DNA of 64,000 nucleotides from a virus: positions 17,211 through 81,210 of the IMG/VR virus record IMGVR_UViG_3300034062_006954; one strand, written 5' to 3'. Below are positions 18,963 to 28,787 of this stretch, one piece after another. The position numbers were made by a program, and so were the translations under genes. The notes under the pieces were generated by a model, which saw only the letters and a program-made list of their open reading frames with translations, had not been told where the DNA came from and did no database searches. Positions within the stretch are counted from its first letter, which is position 1; each line of letters starts with the position of its first letter.

Positions 18963-20987
18963 ATGATAGATTCTAAAGATGGAGATTACTCAACAAAAGG
19001 AAAAGGTGATACACCAGTACTTAATAATTTCGCAAAAGATTTAATTAAACTTGCAGAAGAAGGTAAATTAGATCCTGTAGTTGGAAGAGATAGAGAGATA
19101 ACCAGAATTGCTCAAATTTTATCAAGACGTAAAAAAAACAACCCAATAATAATTGGTGAACCTGGTTGTGGTAAAACGGCAATTGTTGAAGGTTTGGCGT
19201 TAAAAATATTGAATGGTGAATGCCCAAGAAATCTTATGGACAAAAAAATTATGTCATTAGACATGACTTCAATTGTCGCTGGTACAAAATATCGTGGTCA
19301 ATTTGAAGAGAGAATGAAGGTTATTATTGAGGAACTTCAATCAGCACCAAATATAATATTATTCATTGATGAAATTCACCAAATAGTAGGAGCTGGTAAT
19401 TCTTCAGGTTCACTTGACGCATCAAACATTTTCAAACCAGCATTAGCAAGGGGAGAAATCCAATGTATTGGTGCAACCACGTTGGATGAGTATAGAAAGA
19501 ACTTTGAAAAAGATGGAGCATTAGAAAGAAGATTTCAAAAAGTAATTGTTGACCCATCAAGTAAAGAAGAGACTTTGGAAATTCTTACAAATGTTAAAGA
19601 AAAATATGAAAATTATCACAAAGTAAGTTATAGTGATGATGTACTAAAACTTTGTGTTGATTTAGCTGAACGTTATATTACTGACAGAGAATTTCCTGAC
19701 AAAGCATTTGATATTATTGATGAGGTTGGGGCGAGAAGTCAAGTTGAAATTAAAATGCCTCAAATTATTGAGGACTTAAAAATACAAGCTCAAGAAATTA
19801 AAAAACAAAAAATTGAGGTTGTAAAAAGTCAAAACTATGAATTGGCCGCAGATCTTAGAGATAAAGAAACCAAAATCTTAGATAGATTAGATGATGAAAA
19901 GAAAAAGTTCGAGTTCGATTTATTGAATAAGAAAAAACAAGTTTCAATAGAATTAGTTTATGATGTTGTATCAAATATGACTAAAATACCTGTGTCAAAA
20001 ATAAATTCAGATGAATCGTCAAAACTTACAAGTTTGGATGATAATTTATCCTCAAAAGTTATTGGTCAAAAGGATGCGGTATCAAAAATTGCAAAGGCTA
20101 TCAGAAGAAATAGATTAGGTATCAAAGACCCAAGTAAACCAATCGGTTCATTCATTTTCTTAGGTTCAACAGGTGTTGGTAAAACATATTTGGCCAAACA
20201 ACTTGCTAAAGAAATTTTTGGAAGTGAAGAAAGTCTTATACGTGTAGATATGTCAGAATTCCAAGAAAAACATACAATATCAAGACTAATTGGTTCACCT
20301 CCAGGTTATGTTGGGTATGACGAGGGTGGACAATTAACTGAACAAGTTAAGAATAAACCTTATTCAGTAATATTATTTGATGAAATTGAAAAAGCTAACA
20401 AAGATGTTTTCTCAACACTACTTCAGGTACTTGATGATGGTCATTTAACTGATGGATTGGGTAGAAAAATCAACTTCAAAAATTGTGTGATAATTATGAC
20501 ATCAAATTTAGGTGTAAAAAAACTACAAGACTTTGGTACAGGTGTTGGTTTTAAATCAGCAAATAATTCATACATTGAAGAAGAACATAAAAGAGATATG
20601 TTGAAAAAAGAATTGCAAAAATTCTTTGCTCCTGAATTCTTAAATAGAATTGATGAAATAATTGTATTCAATTCTTTAAAAGAAGAAGAAGTAAAACAAA
20701 TTGTAAAATTGGAAGTTGATAAATTGATTAGTCGATTGAAAGGACTAAATTATAATATATCCTACGAAGAATCTTTGATTGAAATGATTTCCAAAGTTGG
20801 TTTTGATGAAACTTATGGAGCAAGACCAATCAAAAGAGCAATCCAAGATAAAATTGAAGATTTTATTTCCGAAGAAGTGTTAAATGGAAATGTTGTTGAA
20901 AATGGTGATTACACCCTTGTGGTAGAAGATGAAAAAGTAAAATTTAAAACTGATAAGAAGAGTAAAAATAAAAAAGGGACTAAATAG
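18963..20987 (+). CDS. clpC: ClpC-like AAA+ chaperone lacking the N-terminal domain
   Basis: LDPVVGR; GEPGCGKT; LFIDEIH; UVR middle domain YELAADLRD; GSTGVGKT; LFDEIEK; VGF ClpP-docking loop; GARP. Confidence 0.92.
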   Translation: MIDSKDGDYSTKGKGDTPVLNNFAKDLIKLAEEGKLDPVVGRDREITRIAQILSRRKKNNPIIIGEPGCGKTAIVEGLALKILNGECPRNLMDKKIMSLDMTSIVAGTKYRGQFEERMKVIIEELQSAPNIILFIDEIHQIVGAGNSSGSLDASNIFKPALARGEIQCIGATTLDEYRKNFEKDGALERRFQKVIVDPSSKEETLEILTNVKEKYENYHKVSYSDDVLKLCVDLAERYITDREFPDKAFDIIDEVGARSQVEIKMPQIIEDLKIQAQEIKKQKIEVVKSQNYELAADLRDKETKILDRLDDEKKKFEFDLLNKKKQVSIELVYDVVSNMTKIPVSKINSDESSKLTSLDDNLSSKVIGQKDAVSKIAKAIRRNRLGIKDPSKPIGSFIFLGSTGVGKTYLAKQLAKEIFGSEESLIRVDMSEFQEKHTISRLIGSPPGYVGYDEGGQLTEQVKNKPYSVILFDEIEKANKDVFSTLLQVLDDGHLTDGLGRKINFKNCVIIMTSNLGVKKLQDFGTGVGFKSANNSYIEEEHKRDMLKKELQKFFAPEFLNRIDEIIVFNSLKEEEVKQIVKLEVDKLISRLKGLNYNISYEESLIEMISKVGFDETYGARPIKRAIQDKIEDFISEEVLNGNVVENGDYTLVVEDEKVKFKTDKKSKNKKGTK

Positions 20988-20999
20988 TCCCTTTTTTTT
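20971..20999. terminator. Bidirectional terminator
   Basis: AAAAAGGGACT-AAAT-AGTCCCTTTTT between convergent genes. Confidence 0.75.
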
Positions 21000-21528
21000 A
21001 TGGCATAGGTTTTATTTGTTTCTCAGTACTAGGTGGTTGTGGTATTTTTATATCTTTAATACTATTTTGAGTTAATTTATTATCTTGAGTTGTAGGTTCT
21101 TCCAAACCAAATTCAGGTTTTTCAGAGTAAGTTCTAATTCCCTGAAGTCTCTGATTTGCAACATCCTCAAGTTTTTCAATATGTTTCGAGTATTCCTCAA
21201 AATTTTTAAGTGCTTTATCAATTTCAAAAACCAACTGACCTTTCTTTTCTTGAGGCATTGTTGATGATGTAATCTTATTTTTTAAATCAGTCAACTTAGT
21301 CATTATCTTCACATTTGGTTGGTCAAGTTTCCTTAAGTCTTTTGCCATATTTTTGAGTGAATTAAGATACTTAAAAAAGTCATAACCCTCTCCTCTCCAA
21401 AATCCTTTAATACCTTGATATACATTAGATATTGAATCAAAAATACCTTCTTCTAATTCATTTTCTTTAATAATTCTATTAACAACTAAGTTAAGTTGTG
21501 TCTCAGTTAAATAAATCTTTCTTTTCAT
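20998..21528 (-). CDS. Hypothetical protein with KIYLTE leader
   Basis: MKRKIYLTETQLNLVVNRIIKE. Confidence 0.75.
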   Translation of the reverse strand: MKRKIYLTETQLNLVVNRIIKENELEEGIFDSISNVYQGIKGFWRGEGYDFFKYLNSLKNMAKDLRKLDQPNVKIMTKLTDLKNKITSSTMPQEKKGQLVFEIDKALKNFEEYSKHIEKLEDVANQRLQGIRTYSEKPEFGLEEPTTQDNKLTQNSIKDIKIPQPPSTEKQIKPMP

Positions 21529-21553
21529 TGTAATATTTTAAAAATAAATATCA

Positions 21554-22369
21554 CTACAAAATGAATTTACCCTTACCAACCTCTTTTTGATATTTTTTTA
21601 CACCCAAGTTTTCAATAATTTTTGTCGCAATATCATATGTGTTAAAGACATCTTCAACTACAACATATTCGTGCTCAGTATGATAATTGTAATATCCAAC
21701 AGCAAAGTTTATACAAGAAAAATCAAAAAGACTTTTAAGGGCATAAACATCTGTATATGGGTGAGATTGATATTTGTTTCTGTTGTTAAAACCTTCAGTC
21801 AGAACCTCATCACATTTCTCAAAAAATTCAGAATTTTTGTCGAATAATTGTACTCCCATACAATACTCACTTACCATCCAATTACCTGGTGCATCAAATT
21901 GTAATACATACCCAACATTAGAAAAGAATTCCTTATCAGCTTTTTTTGATCCGTGACAACCCGTTTCTTCAGATACGAAGAAGGCCGCCTTAACATTTGG
22001 TAAATGTTTTAATAGTTGTAAACAAACATATACACCACACTTGTCATCACCACCAATACCAGTAGGTGAACCTTGGTCATTATAGGCCTTGAATGCCATT
22101 TTTAACTCATCCTGAGCGTTGGGTAATATCATTTCACGAATGTTGATTGTATCCAACTCGTGAACAGTATCTGTGTGGGCAACAACACAAGGAAAATATT
22201 CTACATCATCTGTTTGTTTCGTGGCATAAACATTTCCCATTTTATCCACTTTATAAGGGATATTATTTTCAACCATCCATTCGGTTAAAAATTGAATCAT
22301 TAAATCTTCCTTATATGTTTTGGTAGGTACAGATAAAACCTTTTTGAGTAAATTGATATCGTGTTTCAT
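21554..22369 (-). CDS. M20/M28-family zinc peptidase
   Basis: AHTDTVH; GGDDKCG; EETGC.GS; FD; HT.HE. Confidence 0.88.
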   Translation of the reverse strand: MKHDINLLKKVLSVPTKTYKEDLMIQFLTEWMVENNIPYKVDKMGNVYATKQTDDVEYFPCVVAHTDTVHELDTINIREMILPNAQDELKMAFKAYNDQGSPTGIGGDDKCGVYVCLQLLKHLPNVKAAFFVSEETGCHGSKKADKEFFSNVGYVLQFDAPGNWMVSEYCMGVQLFDKNSEFFEKCDEVLTEGFNNRNKYQSHPYTDVYALKSLFDFSCINFAVGYYNYHTEHEYVVVEDVFNTYDIATKIIENLGVKKYQKEVGKGKFIL

Positions 22370-22378
22370 AACACAATA

Positions 22379-23770
22379 TTACAACATTTTTTTGAATTTT
22401 CTAACAATTGACTCAAAAAGTTCAGGTGTATTTAAAAAATTAACAAAATCTTCAAATGATAAACTTCTTTTTTCTATACCTGATTTAAAATTAGAATTCC
22501 AAGTTGATAGAATTATTTTTATATTAGATTTATCAATTGATTCAATTCTAAACAATTTTTTATTATCATATCCCAATTCATAAGTTCTACCAATTTCATA
22601 ACCTAACTTATTTAAGTTATTTAAAAGCTCACCATATTTTTTAGCACCTTCATATTTTTCAGGTTCGTCTTCAATTTTATCTAAAATGTCTTGTAAATTA
22701 CTTTCAACAACTTGATTGAATTTGTTTGCATCATAATCCCAAGCATCATATCCAACTTCATTATAATTTCCAACATTAAGATTTAAATCATGACCAATTT
22801 CTGTAAAGAGTTCTCTTATTGTTTTTGTTTTATCCTCAGTCATTCCATATAAACTTAACAAGGTATTAATTGTGGTGTAATAACTTGTAAAACTATATTT
22901 TTTCAAAATACCATAATTCATAAAAACATCTGGAAGTTCAGATAAAGCCATTTCTTTTATTCTATTTTCAGCGGCCTCATTTCTTAAATCAAAGTATTCA
23001 CCTTCAATATTATCGGCTTGTCTACTGAAATGTTCAGTCAATAATTTTGATGCGGTACTTAAATATTCTTCACTATTATTCTTTTTTAAATCAATTAAAC
23101 TAGGATTAATAAAAAATATAATATTGTCTAACAATTTTCGATTTACATCATTAATACTTGCTAAAATGTAACCTTCCTTCCAATCTTCATAAGCGGAATC
23201 AGAACTATATATTTCTAAACCATATCCCCCATATCTACTAAAAACGTTTTCTAAGATTGTTCGGTCCCAATCACCTTCACTAAATTCAAAAAATTCAAAA
23301 TATTCTCTTTCAGTAAAAGTTAAATGAATCATACTTTTACCAGGATTTTTTTGATTGAAAACATACTCATCAAAACTTTCATCAACTTTATTCAAATCGT
23401 ATTTGTCAACTTTTTTTCCTGATTTTATTAGTTTCAATAAACCATAAGCGGTATCTCCACCAATTAATTCAATAACTTCCATTTCTATCTGAGGGTAATC
23501 TTTAATAATATCACCAAAGTCGAAAAGTTTCCCCTCATCATCTAAAACTGAAGGATTACCATATTGAGGAACAAAAATCATATAACCTTTCTTTTCACCT
23601 TTACTAACAATTAGATAAATGGTGTTTCTTCTATATGAATAGTAATTTTTTTTAAGATAGTTAGAACCATAATAATCTATTGCCTCAAAATTTTTAGCTC
23701 TGAGAAACAAAACATCATTGTCCTCAAATAATATTTCAGATTCGTTATCTGCAGATTCTTTAGGTGTCAT
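22379..23770 (-). CDS. Hypothetical protein
   Basis: 463-aa ORF; C-terminal LFESIVRKFKKML. Confidence 0.75.
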   Translation of the reverse strand: MTPKESADNESEILFEDNDVLFLRAKNFEAIDYYGSNYLKKNYYSYRRNTIYLIVSKGEKKGYMIFVPQYGNPSVLDDEGKLFDFGDIIKDYPQIEMEVIELIGGDTAYGLLKLIKSGKKVDKYDLNKVDESFDEYVFNQKNPGKSMIHLTFTEREYFEFFEFSEGDWDRTILENVFSRYGGYGLEIYSSDSAYEDWKEGYILASINDVNRKLLDNIIFFINPSLIDLKKNNSEEYLSTASKLLTEHFSRQADNIEGEYFDLRNEAAENRIKEMALSELPDVFMNYGILKKYSFTSYYTTINTLLSLYGMTEDKTKTIRELFTEIGHDLNLNVGNYNEVGYDAWDYDANKFNQVVESNLQDILDKIEDEPEKYEGAKKYGELLNNLNKLGYEIGRTYELGYDNKKLFRIESIDKSNIKIILSTWNSNFKSGIEKRSLSFEDFVNFLNTPELFESIVRKFKKML

Positions 23771-23859
23771 TAAAAAATTTTTATTAATAAATAGTTTAAA
23801 ATGTTGGTTTCATCAATAATTATATCTATAATTACATTATCAAAGTTAATTGAAAATAT

Positions 23860-24238
23860 GGGGGTAATCTGGAATCGACTGACATTGTTGGTTATTCGGG
23901 GCATGTCAGACCTGAACTAAGTCTGTTAAACTGGTTTGAAACGATACACGGCAACGTTATCAACAAACTTTCTGCAGTAGGTTTAATCCGTGCTGAAGAA
24001 GCAGTAGTAGCCTAGTCAATAGGATATTACTTTCGAGTCGGGGTGCATTCACTCAGGAACAGGAGCACTATAGGGTTGTCTAACCGATTCTCATCCCTAA
24101 AAATGAATTGGCCAATTTTGTTGGTTTTGGGAGTATAAAAATCAAATAGCTCGGAACACTGCGAATAATGTTGTCCTAAACATGTAGTCCTTAATAATTA
24201 AGATGGATAGGACGAGAGTTCAAATCTCTCTACCTCCA
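23860..24238 (+). ncRNA. ssrA: tmRNA; tag ORF 23950-24015 GNVINKLSAVGLIRAEEAVVA*
   Basis: GGGGGTA/TACCTCC-A acceptor with G3-U70; GGAATCGAC D-like loop; GAGAG-TTCAAAT-CTCTC T arm; internal tag ending in Ala. Confidence 0.93.
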
Positions 24239-24242
24239 CACA

Positions 24243-24791
24243 TTAATCCTTACCTCCACAGGTAAGGATTTTTCTATTTTCATATATTAGATTACATAAT
24301 AAAGTCATTTCATCGTGACTCAAATTACTTTTCGCGTGATTTGCTGCTATTGATATAAATTGAACATTTCCTTTGAAATAACCGATATTAGAATCAATTC
24401 TATCTAATGATGCGGTATATAAATGATTGTTGATTCCTTTATTTTTAGGTAATTCTAATTTAACCCCAGTGTAAATACAAGTGTTTTGGTTATCCCATAA
24501 TCCCTTCAAATAAATTAAATCAATATCACTATCAAAAGTTCTTTTTTTAACCCTCCTAATAAAGTCCCTTAATCCTGTAAATTCATCCCTTTTGACGTGT
24601 TTACTAATATCATAATTACTTCTTACATTTAATAATCTTTCAGTATTAAAATGTCCCGTACAACTTCTTGAACAAAAATTCTTCCTCCCCAACTTTTCAT
24701 TACGATTTAATTCACTTAAAGGTTTTTCAAACTCAATTCCACAATTACTACAAGTACAAGTTCCCATTCTTCTTTTGTCTCTTTTTTTCAT
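24243..24791 (-). CDS. Zn-finger plus HNH-like endonuclease
   Basis: C.NCG.EF..FCSRSC; CIYTG...SLDRIDS..GY..GNVQF....AN..K. Confidence 0.85.
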   Translation of the reverse strand: MKKRDKRRMGTCTCSNCGIEFEKPLSELNRNEKLGRKNFCSRSCTGHFNTERLLNVRSNYDISKHVKRDEFTGLRDFIRRVKKRTFDSDIDLIYLKGLWDNQNTCIYTGVKLELPKNKGINNHLYTASLDRIDSNIGYFKGNVQFISIAANHAKSNLSHDEMTLLCNLIYENRKILTCGGKD

Positions 24792-24882
24792 AATGTTTCT
24801 TTTATTATAAATATCGTGGAGGTTGTAAAAAATCGTGGAGGTAATAAAAAAAACCCCTCTTTATCGGAGGGGTTATTTAATA

Positions 24883-25395
24883 TTATCTATACCAACCATA
24901 TTCATAACAAGCAAATTCACCATTTTTTGTTTTGAAACAAGCAAATTTGATACCTCGATTACTTGCGTCAAAACCAATCCATTTGTCATTTGTATTTGCA
25001 ACAATATCTTTAGCTTCAATATCACCATTCGCCCCAAATTTTGCGTAAACTATTGTCCCACTAGTTGTTTTACTTGGTTTAAGTAAAACACTATTATAGT
25101 CAGCCTCAATCAGGCCCTTAGTAGACATTCCTGCAAGTCCGTGTTTTGAATTACGTAATCTATATGTGTTATTGTTCTCATCCATAATTTCAAGAAATTG
25201 TCCCTTTTCATCATAACTTCCCCTATGATTATCATAATAACCAACAACTGGTGGATTATCCACCAAAATTTGTGGTACTTGAGATGAATCTGTAATCTCA
25301 ATTATTTTTTTTTCTTTTTGGTCGTTTTGTTCTTTTATTACCTTTTTAACCAATCTAATCAAGTCAGTTTCATTTAATCTTATAATTTTTTTCAT
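24883..25395 (-). CDS. Hypothetical protein with MKKIIRL leader
   Basis: MKKIIRLNETDLIRLVKKVIKEQ; own promoter motif and terminator. Confidence 0.8.
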   Translation of the reverse strand: MKKIIRLNETDLIRLVKKVIKEQNDQKEKKIIEITDSSQVPQILVDNPPVVGYYDNHRGSYDEKGQFLEIMDENNNTYRLRNSKHGLAGMSTKGLIEADYNSVLLKPSKTTSGTIVYAKFGANGDIEAKDIVANTNDKWIGFDASNRGIKFACFKTKNGEFACYEYGWYR

Positions 25396-25461
25396 AATTT
25401 TAATTTTTAATAATAAATATTATGAAAAATTAAAACCCCTCTTTTTAGGAGGGGTTATTTA

Positions 25462-26052
25462 TTATCTTCTATAATGTTTTTTATATCGTCTTGATTCCAT
25501 AATTTCGTCTTTATCTAAACCAAATTCAAGATTACTAAAATCAGAATGTTCTTTGTCAAATAATTCTGATTCGTCATTTTCCATACATTTTTTTATGATT
25601 TTATTACCATCTTCATAACTACTAGGTATTAAATTAATTTTTGGATGGTCAATAAAGATTTCTAAACTTTCCAATGAATCACTTAAACCTCTTGACAAAA
25701 ATGATTGTGCATATTCTTCATCACTTAATCTAATTGTAATTTTTTGAGGTTTTCCTATATTTCTTATTTTATCATCATTTAACAAATCAGCTAAATGAAT
25801 ACAATTGAAAAACCAAGTTAATAATGGTGTACCATCAAAAGTTTTTTTCTGGTGAACTCGTTCAATAGCAAATACCATTTTTTTATCACCTAATTCATCA
25901 TGTTTGTATTTCATTACAATCATATTATCATCATTTTCAATATCATCCATTGAATATTCACGTGAACCAAATTCTATTTTTTGATTTTCTTTAATTACTC
26001 TTCTAACTAATTTCATTAAATCATTTTCTGTTAGTCTTATAATTTTTTTCAT
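25462..26052 (-). CDS. Hypothetical protein with MKKIIRL leader
   Basis: MKKIIRLTENDLMKLVRRVIKE; own promoter motif and terminator. Confidence 0.8.
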   Translation of the reverse strand: MKKIIRLTENDLMKLVRRVIKENQKIEFGSREYSMDDIENDDNMIVMKYKHDELGDKKMVFAIERVHQKKTFDGTPLLTWFFNCIHLADLLNDDKIRNIGKPQKITIRLSDEEYAQSFLSRGLSDSLESLEIFIDHPKINLIPSSYEDGNKIIKKCMENDESELFDKEHSDFSNLEFGLDKDEIMESRRYKKHYRR

Positions 26053-26144
26053 TGTTTTTTTTTTTGATTATTATTATACATAATAAATATTATACAAAAT
26101 AAAAAAACCCTTCTTTTTCGGAAGGGTTTTTTAATTTATAAAAT

Positions 26145-26510
26145 TTATTTTAAAGTTGTTGTTTGGACTGTATAAGTGTTGTTTAATGACTTATCAATTC
26201 TTTTGTCTGTGTACCTAATGGATTCATCAAATTTTTCCATCATCATTCTAACAATTTCATCTGTGTTTCTTCTTGAATTACTTTCAATAGTGTCAAACCT
26301 TCTGAATACATTTTCAAGCTCACGCCTATATTCATTTCTAATGTCATCAAAACTTCGATAAACACCATCAAATTTATCCCTATCTAGTTCTTCAATGTGA
26401 CGAATTTTTCGTTCAACTTTACCAACCCTAAACATACCCCAAATGATAATTCCAACAAATATCAGACCCAACATAGAGAGCATACCTAGAGCAAAATACA
26501 AAATACCCAT
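26145..26510 (-). CDS. Membrane-anchored coiled-coil protein
   Basis: N-terminal hydrophobic helix. Confidence 0.7.
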   Translation of the reverse strand: MGILYFALGMLSMLGLIFVGIIIWGMFRVGKVERKIRHIEELDRDKFDGVYRSFDDIRNEYRRELENVFRRFDTIESNSRRNTDEIVRMMMEKFDESIRYTDKRIDKSLNNTYTVQTTTLK

Positions 26511-26562
26511 AATTAAATTATTTTAAAATTTTATGTCCTAAGACATTTAAAATTTAAAACAA

Positions 26563-27057
26563 TTACTTTAAAAGTAAAAGGATAATTGATGTAAACCCAA
26601 CAGAAACACCACCAATGGTTAATCCAACTAACCATTTGTTTCTATTCTTTGCTTTCTTAAACTCAGTATTTAATTCACCAATAATCTTTTGTTGGGCATC
26701 ATCAATATTTTCATATCCTTTGATGATTCTATCTTTCTTTTCACCCTCTTTTCGAAACATTTCACTTACTTGTTCAGATTTATCTAAAGCTACCTTGTAT
26801 TGGTCTTTAAGCTCTAAACTTGAATTAAGAACATCTTTACATTCTTTTAATTTATCAACGACAATAACCAATGAGTCGTGTTCGATAGCAATTTGTTCAG
26901 CAAACTTTCTATTCATAGTGAATAATGTATCACCATTAATCACCATAAGGTCTATTTTAGGGGTAATGGAGTCTTTATTATTTTTTATTAAATCTTGCCC
27001 GTAAACCATCAAGTAATTGGTCATTAGTACTACTAGTGATAGCATCAATCTTAACAT
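26563..27057 (-). CDS. Spanin-like protein (signal, coiled coil, C-terminal TM)
   Basis: Topology; overlaps the upstream gene by 80 nt. Confidence 0.45.
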   Translation of the reverse strand: MLRLMLSLVVLMTNYLMVYGQDLIKNNKDSITPKIDLMVINGDTLFTMNRKFAEQIAIEHDSLVIVVDKLKECKDVLNSSLELKDQYKVALDKSEQVSEMFRKEGEKKDRIIKGYENIDDAQQKIIGELNTEFKKAKNRNKWLVGLTIGGVSVGFTSIILLLLK

Positions 27058-27334
27058 TGTTTTGAATTTTAAGTTGGTTTATTTTTGTTGATAAGTTTGA
27101 CTCACTAAGTCTTATTCCAATAGTAAGTTGTTCCAATTGGGATTCCATTTTTTCCCTTTCAGTTTTCATTGTTACCAATTCTTTATGTAAAGAATCGATT
27201 GCTTTTCTTTCAGCATCTATAATTTGTTGATGGAGAGTTCTAGTTTCTTTTGCGTTATAACTTATCAAATAACCCAAAAACATCCCAATTAACAAAATAG
27301 ACACCACAATAATTGATGTGTGTTTCCAGTTCAT
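26978..27334 (-). CDS. i-spanin-like protein (N-terminal TM, coiled coil)
   Basis: Topology and overlapping-pair arrangement. Confidence 0.45.
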   Translation of the reverse strand: MNWKHTSIIVVSILLIGMFLGYLISYNAKETRTLHQQIIDAERKAIDSLHKELVTMKTEREKMESQLEQLTIGIRLSESNLSTKINQLKIQNNVKIDAITSSTNDQLLDGLRARFNKK

Positions 27335-27464
27335 ATTATGTTTTTTCTATAATTATAATTTTTTTAAAAAAAAATTAAACACATTTGACTTATCCATTTA
27401 TATTGCGTATTTATTGATTGTTAAATAACTAAATCAAATTAAAAAATTAAAAATCTTAAAAAAA

Positions 27465-27629
27465 ATGAAAAAAGTACTTTTTGGAACTATCGTTGTTCTT
27501 AGCACAATCCTTGCTTCTTGCGGTTCTACAGCTAAAACTGAAGAAAAAACTACAACTGAAGATTCAACAAAAGTTGAAACTACAACTGTAACAACTCCTT
27601 CTGTTGATACTGCAAAAGTTGAGAAATAG
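27465..27629 (+). CDS. Small Thr-rich lipoprotein (54 aa, absent from the ORF track)
   Basis: MKKVLFGTIVVLSTILASCGSTAKTEEKTTTEDSTKVETTTVTTPSVDTAKVEK; lipobox LASC; followed by a terminator. Confidence 0.85.
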   Translation: MKKVLFGTIVVLSTILASCGSTAKTEEKTTTEDSTKVETTTVTTPSVDTAKVEK

Positions 27630-27678
27630 TTTTAAATTTCTTGAAAGAAAAATCCCCACCTTTTAGATGGGGATTTTT

Positions 27679-28290
27679 TTATTTTATTAGATTTTTAATT
27701 CTTTCTATTTCTTCATTTAATTTTTTATTTTTTGAACTTAACGCAGCACTAGTAAACTGAAAAGGTAATAATAAAGCATCTAAGAATGGATTTGGTATTT
27801 TTTTACTCGGATCATACTCACGTCTTTTTTTATCATAATCTAAACCATCATCAGTTTTTTCCTTTTCCTTTTCTTTCTTTTTTTCCTTTTCAGGTTCTCC
27901 CAATCCCTTTTGTTCCTCCTTATCTTTTTCCTTTTTATTATCGTCTAAACCTAAGGCCAACAAAGAATATGGGGGTAATGAAGAACTAAATGAATCCTCA
28001 AATGTAAGTTCTACAATATTACCTTGTATTTTTCCAATTTTTTCACCTTGTCTAACTGAGTTCCCAACACTTGTCTCTATACTACCACATTTACAAATTT
28101 TACTATAAATTTTTTTACTACCTGAACTGTGTTCAATTTTAATCATTCCATCACATTCATCGGTCTTTGTTTCATATATTACACCATCTTCAGGACTGAT
28201 TACTTTATCATAATACTGACCTTCAATTACCAAAGTATCTTTTTTGGTTTTTATAATTTTTCCGTTTTTTAATGGTAATATAAAACTCAT
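27679..28290 (-). CDS. M23 peptidase-like fold, metal ligands apparently degenerate
   Basis: VISPEDGVI...IKIEH...VGNSVRQGEKIG; no HxxxD or HxH seen. Confidence 0.6.
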   Translation of the reverse strand: MSFILPLKNGKIIKTKKDTLVIEGQYYDKVISPEDGVIYETKTDECDGMIKIEHSSGSKKIYSKICKCGSIETSVGNSVRQGEKIGKIQGNIVELTFEDSFSSSLPPYSLLALGLDDNKKEKDKEEQKGLGEPEKEKKKEKEKEKTDDGLDYDKKRREYDPSKKIPNPFLDALLLPFQFTSAALSSKNKKLNEEIERIKNLIK

Positions 28291-28787
28291 AATGTCATTA
28301 GATTTTTCATTCGTTTAACTTCTTCAGCTAATGCTTTTTCACTTGCTTTTTGAATATCTTGTGCTATTCCACCACCATAAGCCGCACTAACAAATGCCTC
28401 TCTACCTTGCCAACCTGACGAAGATGATGAATTTGATGTACTAGGTGCCGCTGTTGTTGTCTTTGTTGTGTCAGCAGGCGTTGTGGTTTGTGTTTGTGTT
28501 AGAGAAAGTAAATTTTTCTCCATATCATAAGTCAAATTTTTATTAGTATTTACTTGGTCAACACACCACTTGTAATTCGATTTCCATTCATTTGGCATTT
28601 CCACAATAACTGATAATCCTTTTGTATCACTTGAATTAGGTTTATAATTAAAACTAAAAATACTTTTTTCATAATTTTCTTTTATCTTTTGGTTAATTGA
28701 ATCAACCAATGTTGCAAAAGAATCCTCTAATTGTATTTTTTCATCAATCGTAATTCCAGTTATAGGTGGAGCTGAAAGTTTTTTCAT
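28287..28787 (-). CDS. Hypothetical protein, C-terminal LAEEVKRMKNLM
   Basis: ORF track. Confidence 0.7.
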   Translation of the reverse strand: MKKLSAPPITGITIDEKIQLEDSFATLVDSINQKIKENYEKSIFSFNYKPNSSDTKGLSVIVEMPNEWKSNYKWCVDQVNTNKNLTYDMEKNLLSLTQTQTTTPADTTKTTTAAPSTSNSSSSSGWQGREAFVSAAYGGGIAQDIQKASEKALAEEVKRMKNLMTL

